The notes below the pieces were generated by a model. The model made no database searches, was not told the DNA's origin, and worked only from the letters and a program-made list of their open reading frames with translations. DNA of 64,000 nucleotides from an uncultured Methanospirillum sp. (lineage in GTDB: Archaea; Halobacteriota; Methanomicrobia; Methanomicrobiales; Methanospirillaceae), in NCBI GenBank assembly GCA_964637135.1, contig CAZWTX010000005.1, forward strand, positions 1 to 64,000. Reading direction: 5' to 3'. Position 1 is the first letter of the stretch. Each line of letters begins with the position of its first letter. The position numbers and the translations under genes were made by a program. Below, piece after piece: positions 30,509 to 40,558 of this stretch.

Positions 30509-31726
30509 ATGAAAGCACATGCAACCAAAATCTCAGAGGGAGTATACTGGGTCGGAACCCTTGACTGGGACCTGAGAACATACCACGGGTACACCCTTGA
30601 CGGAACCTCGTACAATGCCTACCTTGTCTTCGGGGAGAAGACCGTCCTGATTGACAATGTATACCCCGGACAGTCTGCCCAGATGTGGGGACGGATAGCA
30701 GATGCCTGTGCCAGGGAGGGACGGGATCTCCGGATCGATATCATTGTACAGAACCATGTGGAAAAAGATCATTCAGGTGCTCTTAGTGAAATCCATAAAC
30801 GGTTTCCGGATGCTCCGGTCTACTGCACAGCCATCTGCGAGAAAGGGCTGCTCAGGCATTACCCATCCCTTTCGGGAACAGTTTTTCACCCGGTTAAAAC
30901 CGGCGAGACCCTTGATATCGGAGGAAAGACCCTCGCTTTCGTCGAAGCGCCACTGCTTCACTGGCCAGATTCAATGTTCACGCTCCTTGCAGAAGAGGGG
31001 ATCCTCTTCTCAAACGATGCATTCGGCCAGCATCTCTGTTTCACCGGAAGATATGACACCGATATACCAGAAACCATCCTGATGGATGCTGCCGGGAAAT
31101 TCTATGCAAACCTGATCGTACCCCTCTCAGGTCTCTTCCTCAAAAAGGCAGACGAACTGAAAAACCTCGGACTCCTCGAAAAGGTGAAGATGATCGCTCC
31201 CTCCCATGGCCAGATATGGACCGATCCCTCGGCAATCATCAACGCATATGTCGGGTGGGCAACCGGTACGGCAATGAAGAACAAGGTGACGATCATCTAC
31301 GACACGATGCATGGGTCCACCCGGATGCTGGCACATGCTCTTGCAGAAGGAGTCATCGGTGGGGGATGCGACGTGAAGATCTTCAATCTTCACGATGATG
31401 AGCGATCTGAGATCGTGAAACATATCCTTGAGTCAAAGGCGATAATGGTTGGTGTCCCGACGATCAACGATGTCCCGTACCCGAGCATCGGGGATATCCT
31501 TTATTACCTGAAAGGACTCCATTTCAACCGTACCGGCAAACGGTATGCCTTAACCTTCGGATCGATGGGCGGAAAAGGAGGAGCACCGAAGATCGTTGCC
31601 GGGGAACTGGATTCAGCCGGGTTTACCACGGTAGACCTGCCCGAGGTGCTGTATGTTCCTGATGAAAGAGACCTTGATATGGCATATGAGGCCGGCCTTG
31701 TCATGGCAAAAAGGATCAGTGAATAA
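30509..31726 (+). CDS. fprA: flavodiiron protein FprA (F420H2 oxidase-like)
   Basis: [23 protein letters not shown], flavodoxin YDTMHGST. Confidence 0.93.
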   Translation: MKAHATKISEGVYWVGTLDWDLRTYHGYTLDGTSYNAYLVFGEKTVLIDNVYPGQSAQMWGRIADACAREGRDLRIDIIVQNHVEKDHSGALSEIHKRFPDAPVYCTAICEKGLLRHYPSLSGTVFHPVKTGETLDIGGKTLAFVEAPLLHWPDSMFTLLAEEGILFSNDAFGQHLCFTGRYDTDIPETILMDAAGKFYANLIVPLSGLFLKKADELKNLGLLEKVKMIAPSHGQIWTDPSAIINAYVGWATGTAMKNKVTIIYDTMHGSTRMLAHALAEGVIGGGCDVKIFNLHDDERSEIVKHILESKAIMVGVPTINDVPYPSIGDILYYLKGLHFNRTGKRYALTFGSMGGKGGAPKIVAGELDSAGFTTVDLPEVLYVPDERDLDMAYEAGLVMAKRISE

Positions 31727-31734
31727 TCCCATTT

Positions 31735-33324
31735 TTACAGCGACTGCTGGATACGGGCACTGATCCCGGCGAGATCACGGGAGATCACTTCAAGATCTGA
31801 TATGGATGTGACCGGGACATTATTGAGGAAGATGGTGAAGGCAAGCGGGGTTCCCGATTTTCCGGTCATGTACCCGGCAAGACCCTTTCCAAGAAGGTAC
31901 CCCCGGTCGTTCAGATAATCACCGGCAAGGGTGGTACCGGTCTTTGCATGGACCTTCCCTGCAGCAGGATCTAAACCGTCAACGGTATCAGCAAGGGTTC
32001 CGTCAATGCCAAGGGACGGGAGTGCATGCAGAAATGCAGTTCCCCAGGGTTTTTTCAACACTGCTGTAAGCAGCTGGTTCGTAACCCGGGGAGAGAGCCG
32101 GTCGGCACTCACACCGCCTTCCCCGTCTGCAAGGCTGATCTTCGATGTGTCGATACCCAGGGCGGTAAGGGCCTTCTGTTCTGCCTTCATACCGACTTCC
32201 ATGGAGGTGCCGCCATCATGCACGGCCATGAGCATCACCCAGGTATCAGCGTGAAGATTCTGGGAAACTTTCAGGGTCATTTTCACCTCCTCCATCAGGG
32301 GAGCAGAGGTGAGCGTTGCCACCCGGTTTGTCTCCGGGTATGCAGAGTCTGACGGGAGAAGGTGTGACGGGTTTGTCGTGCCGGTATCTGCCGTGATAAT
32401 AACCCCTTCCTTCTCAAGTGCTTCAATCAGCACGACTCTCGCAAAGGAAGCAGGATCCCGGATGATATAAGTCCTGTTAATAGCAGGTGATTTTTCGGCT
32501 ATTTTTCCGGTTACCACGATCTCCCCGGGTTTTCCGTCATATATCAGGATTTCTGGATCTCCCTTTGCAACCGTGACAACCGAAGAGTTGAGAACGAATG
32601 CCTTCGTATCCGGGCGCATGCGGACCGATGCGGCAGTATTGCGATCGGTTGGCGTGATTGTCAGATCGATCAGGTTGTCATTGACAATGATTGGGCTGAC
32701 CGGGGGGTTTCGTTCATTCCTCTGAACCGGGAACATCCGGTCATCAATGACGACATTATCAGCCTGCCTGATGTCGGAGGCCTTTACCTGGCGGGCAATC
32801 TCCCGGATACCGGCAAGAGGATCACCAGGGGTCAGTGTTACCGTATCAAACGTATCTGCTTCCCCATGATCCATGTTTGTGAATGATATCGTCCCGTTCG
32901 GCCCAGCCCTTCCCCCAAGATTCGGATCGCCGGATGCCTTCAGGATGAGAATTCCGTCAAGCACACTTCCGTCAATCATTTTCCCCGAGGAATATACCGG
33001 TGTCTCAAACCGAAAATCAGGGCCGAATGTTTCGAGCAGTGCTGCAGCAGTGAACAATTTCGTGACAGAACCGGGGACAAAAAGATGTTCGGTATCTTTC
33101 ATGACGAGATCCCGTCCGGTCTCAAGATCGGAAACGAGGATGCCATAAGATGCATCGGTATACGGATCTTTCGCAAACAGCCCGGATATCTCTTCCCCGA
33201 GCGTAGTGTCAGAGGACGCGAGGGCGGCCCCCTGCGAGATGCAGGGGATGCACAATATCAGGCATATCAGAAGAAGACCGCATCCCGGTTGCATACGCTG
33301 TGATCTACTGTTGGAATCAGACAT
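31735..33324 (-). CDS. dacB: D-Ala-D-Ala carboxypeptidase/endopeptidase, peptidase S13 (PBP4/DacB), secreted
   Basis: SxxK (PGSVTK), SxN (VSQN), KTG (AKTGT), GDP; signal peptide; start codon uncertain. Confidence 0.88.
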   Translation of the reverse strand: MSDSNSRSQRMQPGCGLLLICLILCIPCISQGAALASSDTTLGEEISGLFAKDPYTDASYGILVSDLETGRDLVMKDTEHLFVPGSVTKLFTAAALLETFGPDFRFETPVYSSGKMIDGSVLDGILILKASGDPNLGGRAGPNGTISFTNMDHGEADTFDTVTLTPGDPLAGIREIARQVKASDIRQADNVVIDDRMFPVQRNERNPPVSPIIVNDNLIDLTITPTDRNTAASVRMRPDTKAFVLNSSVVTVAKGDPEILIYDGKPGEIVVTGKIAEKSPAINRTYIIRDPASFARVVLIEALEKEGVIITADTGTTNPSHLLPSDSAYPETNRVATLTSAPLMEEVKMTLKVSQNLHADTWVMLMAVHDGGTSMEVGMKAEQKALTALGIDTSKISLADGEGGVSADRLSPRVTNQLLTAVLKKPWGTAFLHALPSLGIDGTLADTVDGLDPAAGKVHAKTGTTLAGDYLNDRGYLLGKGLAGYMTGKSGTPLAFTIFLNNVPVTSISDLEVISRDLAGISARIQQSL

Positions 33325-33444
33325 AACCTCACCAGCCATCTGTCGGATACCAGAACCACCTGATGTACCAGGCAGGTATGACGAGGTATCCTGCCATGTG
33401 TTGGATCTGATAACCATAAATGGATCCCGATCTGATCAGCCTGT

Positions 33445-33993
33445 ATGCAGGTGATCCTGACATCGTCACCCCAGGCAAACAAGACCTCTGCAATAACTGC
33501 CTTTTTCATCGGACTTTTTATTATCGCGCTCTCCCCATTCATACCCGGCCTCGTCGTTGTGCTCATGACCGTCCTTGTACTGCTTGTATCAGTGATTCTT
33601 GTCATCACCGGGATATCCCTGAGGGGTACCGGGTTATCACCGGTTCTGATCCTTCTTGGAATAACCGGATGTATCATCGGCGGGAGTATCCTTGCGTATC
33701 CCCGGGCAGGAATTTCAATACTCGGAATACTGCTCGGGATATGGATGATTCTCCTTGGAGGAACCCACATCGGGTATGCATCATCCATCTCTTCTGATCG
33801 GTGGAACGTTCTTTATACGGTCGCTGCCGGTATCGCATGTATTGTGATGGGATTATACCTTCTCTTCGCACCTGCCGGAGGGCTCGCAATAATCACCATA
33901 TTTATCGGCTGTTACCTGATCGCATGGGGAATAATGACTTTTTTCAGAAAAACAACCCGATATATGGATGCGGATTTCACAGTCCGGGTATAG
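33445..33993 (+). CDS. HdeD/DUF308 family membrane protein
   Basis: About 6 TM helices with G....G repeat pattern. Confidence 0.7.
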   Translation: MQVILTSSPQANKTSAITAFFIGLFIIALSPFIPGLVVVLMTVLVLLVSVILVITGISLRGTGLSPVLILLGITGCIIGGSILAYPRAGISILGILLGIWMILLGGTHIGYASSISSDRWNVLYTVAAGIACIVMGLYLLFAPAGGLAIITIFIGCYLIAWGIMTFFRKTTRYMDADFTVRV

Positions 33994-34004
33994 CAGAAAA
34001 GGGG

Positions 34005-34475
34005 TTATTCTTCAGAAAAGACCGGTAATTCATCGATGGTACAGGTGATCCATTCCTGGTTGAATGCCGGCCGGTATTTCTGATAAAAGGAAATGGCCGG
34101 TTCATTCCATTCGAGCACCTGCCACATCACCCCGTTAAGATTGCGTTTTTTTGCATCGGAAAGAACCGCCTCAAACAACATCTTTCCAATACCCTGTCCG
34201 CGACAGGTTTCGGTAACGACGATATCCTCGAGATACAGCCGTTGTCCTTTCCAGGTTGAATACCGGATGTACCAGAGGGCCATTCCGATGATATCAGAGT
34301 CTTTCACGGCAACGTGTGCCCACCACACGGGGTTTTCCCCAAATCCGGATTCAGTAAAATGAGCCAGACTGACTTCCACCTCGTCTGCCGCCCGTTCATA
34401 GGTCGCCAGTTCACGGATAAGATCCATCATTCCCGGGCAGTCTTCCCTGACCGCCTGCCGGATAATAACTGACAT
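34005..34475 (-). CDS. GNAT N-acetyltransferase (SSAT-like)
   Basis: YSTWKG..LYLED, RGQGIG, VLEWNEPAI.FY. Confidence 0.9.
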   Translation of the reverse strand: MSVIIRQAVREDCPGMMDLIRELATYERAADEVEVSLAHFTESGFGENPVWWAHVAVKDSDIIGMALWYIRYSTWKGQRLYLEDIVVTETCRGQGIGKMLFEAVLSDAKKRNLNGVMWQVLEWNEPAISFYQKYRPAFNQEWITCTIDELPVFSEE

Positions 34476-34581
34476 TAGTAAGAAATGTATGATCTCTATC
34501 ACGAATACCCTTGACGCTCACCCCTGACCTCAGGCAAAGAAGGTATGAGGGCATTGACCGGTTGATCAACCAGGAACATCC

Positions 34582-35064
34582 ATGAGTTTTTACTGTATCC
34601 AGTGCGGGGAATGCTGCACAAATCTTGGTCTCGTACATACCATCTGTGAGACCCGGGGCCGGTATACCTTCACCGTGCTGAACGAGTACACCGGGGAGAA
34701 AACCATCGTGGAAGTCGATCCGGACAAATACACGCTCTTTGATGAGAAAGAAATCTTTGACCATCACCCGGATGCATGTCCCTTCTTCAGAATCGCACAC
34801 GATGACCGCCGGGGATACTGTACCTGTCATCTGACAAGGCCTGATATCTGTCGTGACTACGGATGCTGGCGCCTTCTCATCCTGAATTCAGCCGGGAACA
34901 GAGTCGGACGGATCATGGAACAACGGTTCTTTCATTCCGAAAACGTGATACTCACTGGAATATGGAACTCGTTTGCGGAATCACTGCGTGGCCTTTCAGA
35001 TGAGGAATGGGACCGGGTTGTGATCACAACCCTTCACAGCGCCGGGTACACGGTAATAATATGA
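34582..35064 (+). CDS. YkgJ family cysteine-cluster protein
   Basis: CIQCGECC, CPF, C..H..RPDICRDY. Confidence 0.85.
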   Translation: MSFYCIQCGECCTNLGLVHTICETRGRYTFTVLNEYTGEKTIVEVDPDKYTLFDEKEIFDHHPDACPFFRIAHDDRRGYCTCHLTRPDICRDYGCWRLLILNSAGNRVGRIMEQRFFHSENVILTGIWNSFAESLRGLSDEEWDRVVITTLHSAGYTVII

Positions 35065-35151
35065 CTTCCGGCAACACCGTCACCTCTTTATGGATGGGAT
35101 CGACTATCATTTCCCGGTTTAATTCCGGATATTTATCTTCGATCAGTACTG

Positions 35152-35832
35152 ATGATTGGTATGGCAGGAGATCTCGCATATATCATCGGGACCGTCGGGA
35201 CATTCTTCGCAATCCTTGATCCATTTGGCAATATGCCGTTTTTCCTCGCGTATACCCGTGACCTGCCCCGGCCCGTTATCAGGAGAATGGCATTCCTGCT
35301 ATCCGGATTTATTCTCCTTGCGATGACGTTCTTCCTTTTTTCAGGCCAGATGGTCCTGTCCTTCTTCAGTATCACGATTCCTTCGTTTCAGATAGCCGGG
35401 GGAATCATCCTGTTCACCGTCGGCCTTTCGATGATGAGTGGTACGCACACGATGACCATGAACCGGGTTATTTCAGAATCGACAGATGCATCAGTACTCG
35501 GCCAGCAGTCATCGATCCTTCCGACAATCATCACTCCCCTCGGCATACCGCTGTACGTGGGACCAGGTTCCATTGCCGCAGCTGTCCTCTTCGGAAGCCG
35601 TGCACCATCCCAGGTTGCATTCCTCGGAGGTTTTGTTGTGATCCTCTCCATCGTGATAATCATAACTCTGCTCAATCTCTCGTCAGATGCGCTTGCCCGG
35701 ATACTCGGCACCCAGGGAATCGAGATACTGGTCAGACTGATGGGGCTCATACTCGCTGCGATAGCGGTTCAGCTCACCCTTGAAGGAATCGGAGGAGCAA
35801 CGGTGAACCTGATCAACCCTGATATTCTCTGA
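35152..35832 (+). CDS. MarC family membrane protein
   Basis: DPFGN, AGGIIL, PLGIPLYVGPG, RLMGLIL. Confidence 0.9.
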   Translation: MIGMAGDLAYIIGTVGTFFAILDPFGNMPFFLAYTRDLPRPVIRRMAFLLSGFILLAMTFFLFSGQMVLSFFSITIPSFQIAGGIILFTVGLSMMSGTHTMTMNRVISESTDASVLGQQSSILPTIITPLGIPLYVGPGSIAAAVLFGSRAPSQVAFLGGFVVILSIVIIITLLNLSSDALARILGTQGIEILVRLMGLILAAIAVQLTLEGIGGATVNLINPDIL

Positions 35833-35839
35833 CGGGTTC

Positions 35840-36790
35840 TCACCGGCCGGTCTGGACCGGAAATGGAATCCCGATAGAGAATGCCGTATCCAGCGCAAGA
35901 ACCGCTGTGGCAAGATCGGTTATTGCGATCCCGGTAGAATCAAACACCGTCACAGAATCGGCTCTGATTCGTGAATTTTTTTGAATAAGCACCTCTCCGA
36001 GCGTTCCCTGTACCGAAGCAGGTTCAAATACCCCTTCCCGCACCGGGACATTAATCTCCCCTGAATGGATGGCCTGTGCCATATCATCAACAAAAACTTC
36101 AGCACGGTTCAGGATGGCAGGATCAAGTTCCTGTTTTCCCGGAGCATCGGCCCCCATCGCATTGATATGCGTTCCGTCGTGTATCCATTCATTCCTGATC
36201 AGAGGAACCGTGGAAGGAGTGACCGTGAGGAGAACATCGGTATCAGCCGCTCCCGGCAGTGAAGCCTGATGGATATCTTCTTCAGGAAATCGCGCGATAA
36301 AACGATCAACGGATGCTTCCCTTCGTGACCAGACCCTGATCTCCTCTGGTCTGAATACCTCCCTGATTGCCATCAGTCCATATTCTGCCTGCCGGCCGGC
36401 CCCGATGATCCCGATACTCCCGGATTTCTTCGGGCATAGTGCTTCTGTTGCGACTGCTGCCGATGCGCCGGTCCTGAGCGCAGTAAGGCCGGTACCATTC
36501 AGAATGGCGACGGGCATACCGGTATCAGGATCGAGAAGAATGATCTCAGCCATGACTGTCGGAAGGCCGGCCTGATCATTGCCAGGGTGTACATTCACGA
36601 GTTTCATTCCGGCAGTTTTCATGGAGGGAAGATACGCCGGCATCACCCGGAAATCTCCTTTGGGGAGCATCACATACGATTTTGGAGGCATGATGCAACT
36701 ACCGGTTGCATGATCGCGGAAGGTATTCCTGATCACCGGAATAAGATCTGCCATACTGATCGCGGGGGCAGGATCAGGGTAGTATCGCAT
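35840..36790 (-). CDS. ornithine cyclodeaminase/mu-crystallin family (archaeal alanine dehydrogenase-like)
   Basis: GDFRVMP, TALRTGA, GAGRQA, GADAPGKQEL, DSTG. Confidence 0.88.
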   Translation of the reverse strand: MRYYPDPAPAISMADLIPVIRNTFRDHATGSCIMPPKSYVMLPKGDFRVMPAYLPSMKTAGMKLVNVHPGNDQAGLPTVMAEIILLDPDTGMPVAILNGTGLTALRTGASAAVATEALCPKKSGSIGIIGAGRQAEYGLMAIREVFRPEEIRVWSRREASVDRFIARFPEEDIHQASLPGAADTDVLLTVTPSTVPLIRNEWIHDGTHINAMGADAPGKQELDPAILNRAEVFVDDMAQAIHSGEINVPVREGVFEPASVQGTLGEVLIQKNSRIRADSVTVFDSTGIAITDLATAVLALDTAFSIGIPFPVQTGR

Positions 36791-36916
36791 ACCGCATCTC
36801 TTGCACAGAAGGTGAAAAGAGATCTGATCCCGCCCTCCGCAGATTGATAAGACCATCCCGCCTATTAACTCAGTACCTGGCGTCGCTTCATGAGGTGCGA
36901 TACCAACAGGATTCAT

Positions 36917-37276
36917 ATGGCGACAATTCTCATTATCGATGACAATCCGGAAGACCAGGAGAAACTAAGCGGTATCCTGACTCAAGAAGGATACTCAACG
37001 AAACTGGCCTCTGTCGGACCGGAGGGCCTGTCTGCCTGTGATACGGGAAAACCGGATCTCATCACCCTTGATCTCGTTATGCCCGAGATGAACGGGATAG
37101 AGACGCTGAGACTGTTAAAACAACGGTTTCCAGAAATCCCGGTAGTCATGTGTTCGGCAGCCGGTCTTGAACAGGTGGTCGATCTCGCCCTTCGCGTGGG
37201 GGCTGCAGGATACATCGTGAAACCCTATACCCGGGATATGGTCCTGTCAATGGTACGGGATCACCTGAAGCAATAG
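36917..37276 (+). CDS. single-domain response regulator (CheY-like)
   Basis: IIDD, LDLVMPEMNG, KP. Confidence 0.92.
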   Translation: MATILIIDDNPEDQEKLSGILTQEGYSTKLASVGPEGLSACDTGKPDLITLDLVMPEMNGIETLRLLKQRFPEIPVVMCSAAGLEQVVDLALRVGAAGYIVKPYTRDMVLSMVRDHLKQ

Positions 37277-37318
37277 ATCACCATGCACTCAGTTCATGAT
37301 GCCCTGTCTTTCTCCTGC

Positions 37319-39064
37319 TTACTTCCTGCCGGTTTCAGCAGCTGAACAGATATAACCGGATAAGGTTTCGTCTTTCGCTATCAGCGGCTGAAATATCGCC
37401 CTTATCTGTATCTTCCTTCCATCACGGGTTCTGATCCGATACTTCAGAGAGAACGAAGTGATCTTCCCGAACCGACTCGAAAAGGCATCATGTATCTTTT
37501 TCCGGTCCGCGGGAACCACAAGAAGATTCCATGACGCGTGGAGGTTCCCGGTATCGTCCATCTGTTCTGTCCAGTGCCGGTTTGCATACCTGACGGCACC
37601 GGATATTTCATGAAGAGAGATAAAAGCGGGGATACTATCTGCGATCAGTTTCAGGCAGGTTTCAGTTTCATCTGGAGATCCAGCAATACTCGCAAGTTTT
37701 TGAACAGATTCCTGAAGTTTATCTCTGGTCCTGGCAATCTCGGTATGTGCATCGGATAATTCGGCATTTTTTTGCCTGAGTTCCTCCTCGGTCCGTTTCC
37801 GCTGGATAATTCCCCACAGACCACTCAGAAGCAGCGTGCATTGTTTCAGGTTATCCTCGTTATACGCTCGTTCCTTGTTGTACATACCGGCAAGAAGAAC
37901 GACCTTTCCGGAATCAGTGACCGGAACAGATATCATCCGTGTTACCTGCACGGTTTCTTCCGGTAATCTGACGATTCCTGCCTCATTGCTAACCGGTCCG
38001 TTCATGATGAACGGTTCGGAGATAACCCCGCTGAGCGGTTCACCAGTAGGACTCCTGAGATCATACGTAAAGGGAATCTGGTTCATGAGAACCATCTGCT
38101 GTGCCGAAGAAGACCATGCTGCGATCTCCAGCCGATCCTGATCCGGCGAAATGAATGCAATAAATCCGAATGCACTCTTTGTGATGATCACGGCCTGTTC
38201 AAGGGCATACTCCATAATCTCGCGAAGCGGGTGTGAAATCATTTGGTACAGGGTGAGCATGGAAGAAAGTCGGATTCCGGTAATCCGTTTCCGCTCTTCG
38301 TCAAGTATTCTCCCGGTGACATCACGTATTATCGCATGGAGATATGTTGTATTCCTGACCGGGATGGTCACCATGCTGATCTCGGTATACCGGATCCCCC
38401 CCTCCGGGGTGATGAACTGCCAGGGGAACCGGACCGGTCTTCCGGCATACCCGTGGGTAATATGATGGATGAGCCGTTCCCGGGAATCAGATCCGTCCGT
38501 CTGGCGTTCGGGAGAGAAATCAAGGACCGATTGCGTGATGATATCCTCTTCAGGGACTTCAAACAGGGAAGCTGCCTGGCGGTTCATATCGATGATGGCA
38601 TCATGATCCAAAATGAGAATAGCATCACTTGCCGAGTCGAAAAAATTCCTGAATTTTATCTCGTTCTCCCGGATCATCCTGATACCGCGATGAGCCCCCA
38701 CCGACCGTTCGATCATGTGGGTGAGCTCGGTAAACTGTACCTTTGGATCGCCTCCTTTCTGAAGATAAAAATCAGCCCCCTGGTTGAGTGCTTCGATCGC
38801 TATCTCCTCTCCACCCTGACCGGTGAATATGATAAACGGGATATCCATGCCTGATTGCCGGACGTGCCTTAACAGATCAAGTCCGGTCATCTCCGGCATG
38901 GCATAATCTGAAAGAATAATGTCAAAAATCCCTGCACTCAGGGCCGACACGGCCTCCCTGGCTGATTGAACAGCGTGGGTCCGGTACTGATCGTTCCTGT
39001 TCAGGAACCGTGTCATGACGTCCAGAAGAACTGGTTCATCGTCAACGAGGAGAATAGAGATCAT
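37319..39064 (-). CDS. REC-PAS-GAF-PAS signalling protein without a kinase domain
   Basis: N-terminal receiver (LVDD, SDYAMP, YLQKGG), PAS and GAF segments; no H-box or HATPase. Confidence 0.85.
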   Translation of the reverse strand: MISILLVDDEPVLLDVMTRFLNRNDQYRTHAVQSAREAVSALSAGIFDIILSDYAMPEMTGLDLLRHVRQSGMDIPFIIFTGQGGEEIAIEALNQGADFYLQKGGDPKVQFTELTHMIERSVGAHRGIRMIRENEIKFRNFFDSASDAILILDHDAIIDMNRQAASLFEVPEEDIITQSVLDFSPERQTDGSDSRERLIHHITHGYAGRPVRFPWQFITPEGGIRYTEISMVTIPVRNTTYLHAIIRDVTGRILDEERKRITGIRLSSMLTLYQMISHPLREIMEYALEQAVIITKSAFGFIAFISPDQDRLEIAAWSSSAQQMVLMNQIPFTYDLRSPTGEPLSGVISEPFIMNGPVSNEAGIVRLPEETVQVTRMISVPVTDSGKVVLLAGMYNKERAYNEDNLKQCTLLLSGLWGIIQRKRTEEELRQKNAELSDAHTEIARTRDKLQESVQKLASIAGSPDETETCLKLIADSIPAFISLHEISGAVRYANRHWTEQMDDTGNLHASWNLLVVPADRKKIHDAFSSRFGKITSFSLKYRIRTRDGRKIQIRAIFQPLIAKDETLSGYICSAAETGRK

Positions 39065-39578
39065 CCACCCTCCCGGGAAAATGAATGAGCCGTCAGAAAC
39101 GGGTGCCGCCAGTCCGGGACGGAACCGGAACTGGAAAGAAAAAAAGGGGTATCCGAATAAATTGCCATATTATCACCGGTAATCCCGAAAGTAAATCCGG
39201 ATGAATCACCAGGGTTTTTCGGATTCAAAACTCCCATGTTATGCACGCAATTGAGCAATGAACTGATAAGGTAATGAATCTATCTTATTGGAAAACTTTG
39301 AAGACTGAACGGCTATTGCAGTGACTTATCAGAGAGATATGCGCGATGAGAGGAGTAATGCTGCGAAGGTGTCGAAAAGAATGCCATTTCAAATGAATGA
39401 AATAGTTAGTCCCCGAATTACGGGATTGGAGACCTGTTAGAGGGATGATGAGGTATAATCCCCGGATGAAAACTGATTTATTTTCCCCGTGGACCGTATC
39501 AGAAGGCATTGCTAATTTTCGGTGCTCCTGGAGCCTGAAACGGGAACATGCACATCCAGCAGTCAAAAACCTTCATTT

Positions 39579-40139
39579 TCAGGAGAGATCGGCACCTTCC
39601 GCCGGTACCAGGGGAGGCGTTTTGATGAGCTCTGCACACTGTCCGCAGAGCCAGGTTCTCTTGGTATCAAGATCGTCAAGACATGCCGGGTTTGACATGA
39701 TACATGCCGGATCGGTGCAATGCCTGAGGCCGAGGAGGTGACCGACCTCATGCGAACCCTCCTTGGCAAGACGTTCGATAAGGAGGGTATCATCAGGGGG
39801 AAGATCCCAGAACTCGTTACGCAGCCTGGCAGCAGAGATCACCGCGGAACCGGTACGGGGCCGGGACAGACCAAAAACATACCGTGTCCCCGGCCGGAAG
39901 ATATCATCACCGATTACGAGCAGAACAGGGTTTTCAAGCGAGTTTCTCCGGGAGAAGGTATCTATTGAAGAGAGGATTGATGTTGCATCAAATTGTTCAC
40001 GGGAACGTTCAAATCCATTGTACAGTATCGGATTTGATGATGGTTCCACCGGGAGATCCAGGATTTGAGTAATAAGACGACTCACCGGGATCTCCAGTCC
40101 CTGGCTGATTCCCCGATCCCAAAAAATATGGATACCCAT
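39579..40139 (-). CDS. amzA: archaemetzincin (M54 Zn metalloprotease)
   Basis: HEVGHLLGLRHC....CIM........D....LC..C. Confidence 0.9.
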   Translation of the reverse strand: MGIHIFWDRGISQGLEIPVSRLITQILDLPVEPSSNPILYNGFERSREQFDATSILSSIDTFSRRNSLENPVLLVIGDDIFRPGTRYVFGLSRPRTGSAVISAARLRNEFWDLPPDDTLLIERLAKEGSHEVGHLLGLRHCTDPACIMSNPACLDDLDTKRTWLCGQCAELIKTPPLVPAEGADLS

Positions 40140-40156
40140 TCCCTTTAATCTGAGTA

Positions 40157-40558
40157 ATGAGCGGCTATAAGCATATTGAAACATCTGTGGCTGCATTCAT
40201 TGCCGCGAGATTCCGTTCAGCCGCTGAAATCGGGGCGGGTGAAAACCTCCATGCAGCCTCCCTCCTGCTGAGAGCCGGCGTAGATATCATCTGTACCGAC
40301 TGGATCCTCCCATCGGGCCTCATAATCGTGCCATATTACCGTGATGACATAACAGATCCTGATACCAGCATCTATTCCGGACGTGAATGTCTGTATGCAA
40401 TCCGTCCGGTGGAAGAGATGATCGATCCGATGATCAGACTTGCACGGGAGGTAAACGCAGACCTCTTCGTGTATCACCTCGGGTTCGAAGGATACGGCCC
40501 GCAAAAACCGGTTCCGGGATGCCGGGTACCGCTTCACCAGTACTTCAGCCGAAGTTAA
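40157..40558 (+). CDS. UPF0146 family protein
   Basis: EIGAG, DDITDP, YAIRP..E. Confidence 0.8.
   Translation: MSGYKHIETSVAAFIAARFRSAAEIGAGENLHAASLLLRAGVDIICTDWILPSGLIIVPYYRDDITDPDTSIYSGRECLYAIRPVEEMIDPMIRLAREVNADLFVYHLGFEGYGPQKPVPGCRVPLHQYFSRS

Noticed and set aside
39445..39476. ATGATGA...CTGA as a C/D box sRNA
   Set aside because: No convincing D'/C' boxes or second guide; spacing too short
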